Source: Alphaproteobacteria bacterium | GTDB lineage: Bacteria; Pseudomonadota; Alphaproteobacteria; Rs-D84 | Assembly (NCBI GenBank): GCA_046881825.1 | Contig: JBKSMS010000010.1 | Coordinates: 12,924 to 76,923, forward strand | Length of the DNA: 64,000 nt | Direction of reading: 5' to 3' | Part shown: positions 60,658 through 64,000 of the stretch, piece by piece | Position numbering within the stretch: position 1 is the first letter of the stretch | Layout of the letters: each line of letters opens with the position of its first letter | Program-made: the position numbers and the translations under genes | The notes under the pieces: generated by a model | What the model saw: the letters and a program-made list of their open reading frames with translations, nothing else | Database searches by the model: none | What the model was told of the DNA's origin: nothing

Positions 60658-63130
60658 AAATGTATTTAATGTTTCTGACCCATCAAAAATGCTGGATGCG
60701 TTATGGGGTGAAATTGTCCAATACAAAAATGATTTTTCGCGTGTTTTGATTTTTTTACCTTCAAATCGTGCGATAAGAAGTGTTGAAAAAATGATTGTCC
60801 AAAAAATTGGACATGCTGTTGTTTTACCTAATTTAATTCCGTTGGGAAATGGCGCTGAAGAAGATGGAAAAGAATATACTGATACTGTATCTAACCAGGA
60901 ACGCGTTATTATTCTGGCGCGTTTGTTGTCGGGTGATGCGCGCGTTAAAAATATAGCAACTGCATTACCGCTGGCACATGATTTTATTCGTATGCAAGAT
61001 TATCTGGAAAACGAAGGTGTAAATATAAATGATATAAATTGGTCTGAAATCATAGATGATAAATATGCGATGCATTTTCAAAACAAAGCGCGTATTTTGG
61101 ATATTTTGAAACAATTACCAAATGATAAATTAACTACGACACAAAAAAGAAATGCTGATATTTTATCTTGGAAAAAGCATTTGGGTGAATATGATAGTGT
61201 GATTGTTTGTGCTTCAACTGCTTCGGTTCCTGCGACTGCGGATTTAATGGCAGAGATAGCAAATCAAAAAAACGGTAAAATTATTTTATCTGGAAAAATA
61301 TCTGGGGCAGAAGAAGATTTTGTATTAGATACTAATCCTTATAATAATGAATACAAATTTTTACAGAAAATAGGTTTGGATGTCAAAGATGTGCAAACAC
61401 TGGATGTTGGGGAAAACAGGTGTTTTGACATTATGAATATCGCTTTTGGAAACAGCGGACAACATGTTAAGGATAAATTACAAACATGTAAATTGATTGA
61501 ATGTAATCGTGAAAGCGAAGAAGCCCAATGTGTGGCACAGATTGCTAAAAACGCAATATTGCAAAATAAATCTGTATTGGTGATTACGCCGGATGCTGCC
61601 GCGAATCAGAGAATAAAATCAGAAATGATGCGTGTGTGTATAGATGCTGATTTTTCTTCTGGGACACCTGGGACAATGACTGATTTAGGGCGTGCGATAT
61701 TAAACCTTTTTGATTGTTGGATGGAAAACGCACCAAAAGATTTTGAAAAACTATACGAACAAAGCGATTATAATTTGTTCAATATGTTGGTGCGATTTGT
61801 TGATGAAAACAACGATTATGATTTTCAGCCGAATTTTAATATTGAAAACGAAAATGATATTCCAATATGGAATGCGATAAAAGAAACAGCTGATATATTA
61901 TCCGCTAATGATATTATTTTGAATTTGGCAGATGCGCGTTCTTTCATTATGGATGCAATCGGTAATGTTTCAATTAGACCAGCAAAAACAGAAGATTGTC
62001 GTGTATGTGTAATTGGAACGATTGAATCGCGTATGCAAACAGCGGATGTTGTGATTTTAACTGGGCTTAACGAAGGAATGTTTCCATCCGTTGGTTATGA
62101 AAATGCTTGGTTGCCACGAAAAATCAGTGAAAAAATAGGGCTGCCGTCACCAAACCGCAAGGTCGCGTTACAGGCACTCGATTTCATGATATTGTCTTGT
62201 GGAAAATCGGTTTATTGGTTGCGGTCTAAACAATCTGGTGGGACATTGAATACAGAATCGCGATTTTTATCACGCGTTCGTGTTACGGTTGGCGATATAC
62301 TGTTGGGGGATGATATTTTGAATTCCGTTCGTAAAATAGATGATGTGGAATATGAACCGCTTGATTATTCACCACCAACACCACCAATTGATAAAAGCGA
62401 TGTTTATGTGACTGAAATAGAATTATTGATACATAATCCATATGCTTTTTATGTGAAACATATTTTGCGCTTGCGGAAAACAGATGACTATTGGGTTTTG
62501 CCTGATGCGCGACAGTTTGGAAATCTGGTTCATGATGTGATTGAAAATGCGCATGATTTTAATGCTGAAAAATTGATACAAGAGATGGATGCACGGGCAA
62601 AGCAGGTTTTACCAGATGATTCGATTTTGTTTTATTTCTGGCACAAAAGATTTTGTGAAATTGCAAATTTTGTGGCTGAATTTTTTAAAGATAAACAAAT
62701 TCAGTATAAAGAAATTTTGGGGTCTGTAAATATCGCAGGACGTAATGTGCGGGCACGTGCTGATTTAATTTGGGACGGCGTTGTTATGGATATAAAAACA
62801 GGCAGTGCCCCAACGAAAAAACAATTAATGGAAGGGACCATGCCACAAATTGCGCTGGAAGGTTTCATAATGCAAAATGGTGGTTTTCCGATAAAGATGA
62901 AAGATGTTTCAATCACACCAATTCTGCAATTTTTACAATTAAAAAATAATGATTTGAAATTGGTTGAATATGCGGATGAAACCGCGCAAGAAATGATAGA
63001 TAATACTGTGCAAAAAGTAAAAGAGTTATTCGGACAATACAGCACTGATAAAGTTGCTGAATATGAATACCGAGATACAGTCGGTGCAAAATATCACGAA
63101 TATGATGATTTAGCCAGGGTCGGAGATTAA
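60647..63130 (+). CDS. AddB-like double-strand-break repair protein (alphaproteobacterial type; inactivated helicase fold plus a C-terminal PD-(D/E)xK nuclease)
   Basis: 827 aa. A.D.IWDGVVMDIKTG near the C-terminus fits a PD-(D/E)xK patch. The assignment is mainly by size and context. Confidence 0.5.
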   Translation: MLNKNVFNVSDPSKMLDALWGEIVQYKNDFSRVLIFLPSNRAIRSVEKMIVQKIGHAVVLPNLIPLGNGAEEDGKEYTDTVSNQERVIILARLLSGDARVKNIATALPLAHDFIRMQDYLENEGVNINDINWSEIIDDKYAMHFQNKARILDILKQLPNDKLTTTQKRNADILSWKKHLGEYDSVIVCASTASVPATADLMAEIANQKNGKIILSGKISGAEEDFVLDTNPYNNEYKFLQKIGLDVKDVQTLDVGENRCFDIMNIAFGNSGQHVKDKLQTCKLIECNRESEEAQCVAQIAKNAILQNKSVLVITPDAAANQRIKSEMMRVCIDADFSSGTPGTMTDLGRAILNLFDCWMENAPKDFEKLYEQSDYNLFNMLVRFVDENNDYDFQPNFNIENENDIPIWNAIKETADILSANDIILNLADARSFIMDAIGNVSIRPAKTEDCRVCVIGTIESRMQTADVVILTGLNEGMFPSVGYENAWLPRKISEKIGLPSPNRKVALQALDFMILSCGKSVYWLRSKQSGGTLNTESRFLSRVRVTVGDILLGDDILNSVRKIDDVEYEPLDYSPPTPPIDKSDVYVTEIELLIHNPYAFYVKHILRLRKTDDYWVLPDARQFGNLVHDVIENAHDFNAEKLIQEMDARAKQVLPDDSILFYFWHKRFCEIANFVAEFFKDKQIQYKEILGSVNIAGRNVRARADLIWDGVVMDIKTGSAPTKKQLMEGTMPQIALEGFIMQNGGFPIKMKDVSITPILQFLQLKNNDLKLVEYADETAQEMIDNTVQKVKELFGQYSTDKVAEYEYRDTVGAKYHEYDDLARVGD

Positions 63131-63900
63131 TCCCCGATTTCCAGCATTAATCCACAGTGGTCGGTGGGTTTGTTGTGCAATCTGGGGGCCATATCAATTT
63201 CACAATTTTTAATCATTTTTGTCGCGGTTTTGTTGCAAAGGAAATAATCAAGACGCAAGCCCTGTTTGTTGCCAACTGTATCACGACCACGATATCCATA
63301 CCATGTGTAATCTATTGTATCTGGATGTAATTTACGCCATGCGTCAACCCATCCAAAATCCAACCATTTTTGCATAATTGCACGTGCGTCAGGCGCTGAA
63401 ATTGATGAACCGATGTAATTTTTTGGATTCCATATATCTTTATCGGTAATTGCCACATTAAAATCACCGCCGATTATAACTGGTTCTTCGCTGTCCAGGT
63501 ATTTTGCGATATATTTAGTAAACGCGTTCATCCATTCTAATTTATAAGGAAACTTTGGCGATTCTGTGCAATCACCGTTCGGCATATATACATTTATAAC
63601 ACGAATATGTCCGTCAATGACGCATTCCAAAAAACGCGCGTTTATATCAGGGTATGTTGGCAGACCTAAAATCACATCTTCCATAGAATATTTGGAAAAA
63701 GTTGCGACCCCGTTCCATGATTTTTGACCAAAAACCTTTATATTATACCCGTATTCATCCAGTAAATTATACGGAAAATTAGCAGTTTCAACCTTTAATT
63801 CTTGGACCATTATGGTGTCGTATTCCCCAGATTTTAAAATGTCCATAAAGCTTTCTATATGGGCGCGAATTGAATTTATATTAAGTGTTAGTATTTTCAT
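63127..63900 (-). CDS. xth: Exodeoxyribonuclease III
   Basis: MKILTLNINSIRA, IMVQELK, GDFNV and the HCGL-D C-terminus (EEP nuclease fold). Confidence 0.85.
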   Translation of the reverse strand: MKILTLNINSIRAHIESFMDILKSGEYDTIMVQELKVETANFPYNLLDEYGYNIKVFGQKSWNGVATFSKYSMEDVILGLPTYPDINARFLECVIDGHIRVINVYMPNGDCTESPKFPYKLEWMNAFTKYIAKYLDSEEPVIIGGDFNVAITDKDIWNPKNYIGSSISAPDARAIMQKWLDFGWVDAWRKLHPDTIDYTWYGYRGRDTVGNKQGLRLDYFLCNKTATKMIKNCEIDMAPRLHNKPTDHCGLMLEIGD

Positions 63901-64000
63901 ATTTGCAATCTTTGTTTTATAGTATTATAATACACCTTGTCCAATATAAAAACAACAAGGATTTTATGTTATGAACATGTATCAGTTTCTAGAGCAGGTG

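Overview
This is an AT-rich window (roughly 30-33% GC by eye) from a bacterial chromosome. The housekeeping genes look like those of a host-associated alphaproteobacterium, though that is an inference from gene content, not a search. Core genes present are lpxK and lpxC, gyrB, ung, aspS, uvrB, tsaE, ftsQ and ftsA, lolCE/lolD, rsmI, engB, an addB-like gene and xth. Two kinds of accessory DNA stand out.

1. Left edge (1-4901): a 5'-truncated HNH endonuclease, two tandem paralogous cytosine-5 DNA methyltransferases and a large serine recombinase sit directly next to an initiator tRNA-fMet gene. The recombinase reading frame runs antisense through the whole tRNA.

2. A mosaic island of about 14 kb (25778-40140) lies downstream of a tRNA-Met/Ile2(CAT) gene. 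It carries four partial copies of that tRNA's 3' end. It also carries four copies of a 150-230 bp repeat, and each copy sits immediately 5' of a minus-strand cargo gene. No integrase gene lies inside it. Its cargo is:
- a P-loop kinase, an ANT-like nucleotidyltransferase and a GNAT-like protein, clustered together;
- an S41 peptidase;
- a RelE/HigB-HigA toxin-antitoxin pair;
- a PD-(D/E)xK nuclease;
- a 1525-aa DUF4011-like/SF1 helicase/DUF559-nuclease fusion;
- several hypothetical proteins.

Other features worth noting:
- a four-gene type IVb-pilus/T2SS-like assembly module (GspL-like, GspM-like, GspE ATPase, GspF platform);
- a G8 homopolymer inside one methyltransferase gene, a possible phase-variation switch;
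- an in-frame ftsA-rpe fusion;
- a GC-rich structured intergenic element at 13.1-13.4 kb;
- a 1250-aa repeat protein with tandem TGNTPG repeats;
- two paralogous palindromic operator-promoter modules in front of two unknown genes, one with a YHGT motif and one with HExxH;
- a tRNA-Tyr/tRNA-Gly pair with nearby tRNA-like scars.

No rRNA, CRISPR array or transposase was seen.
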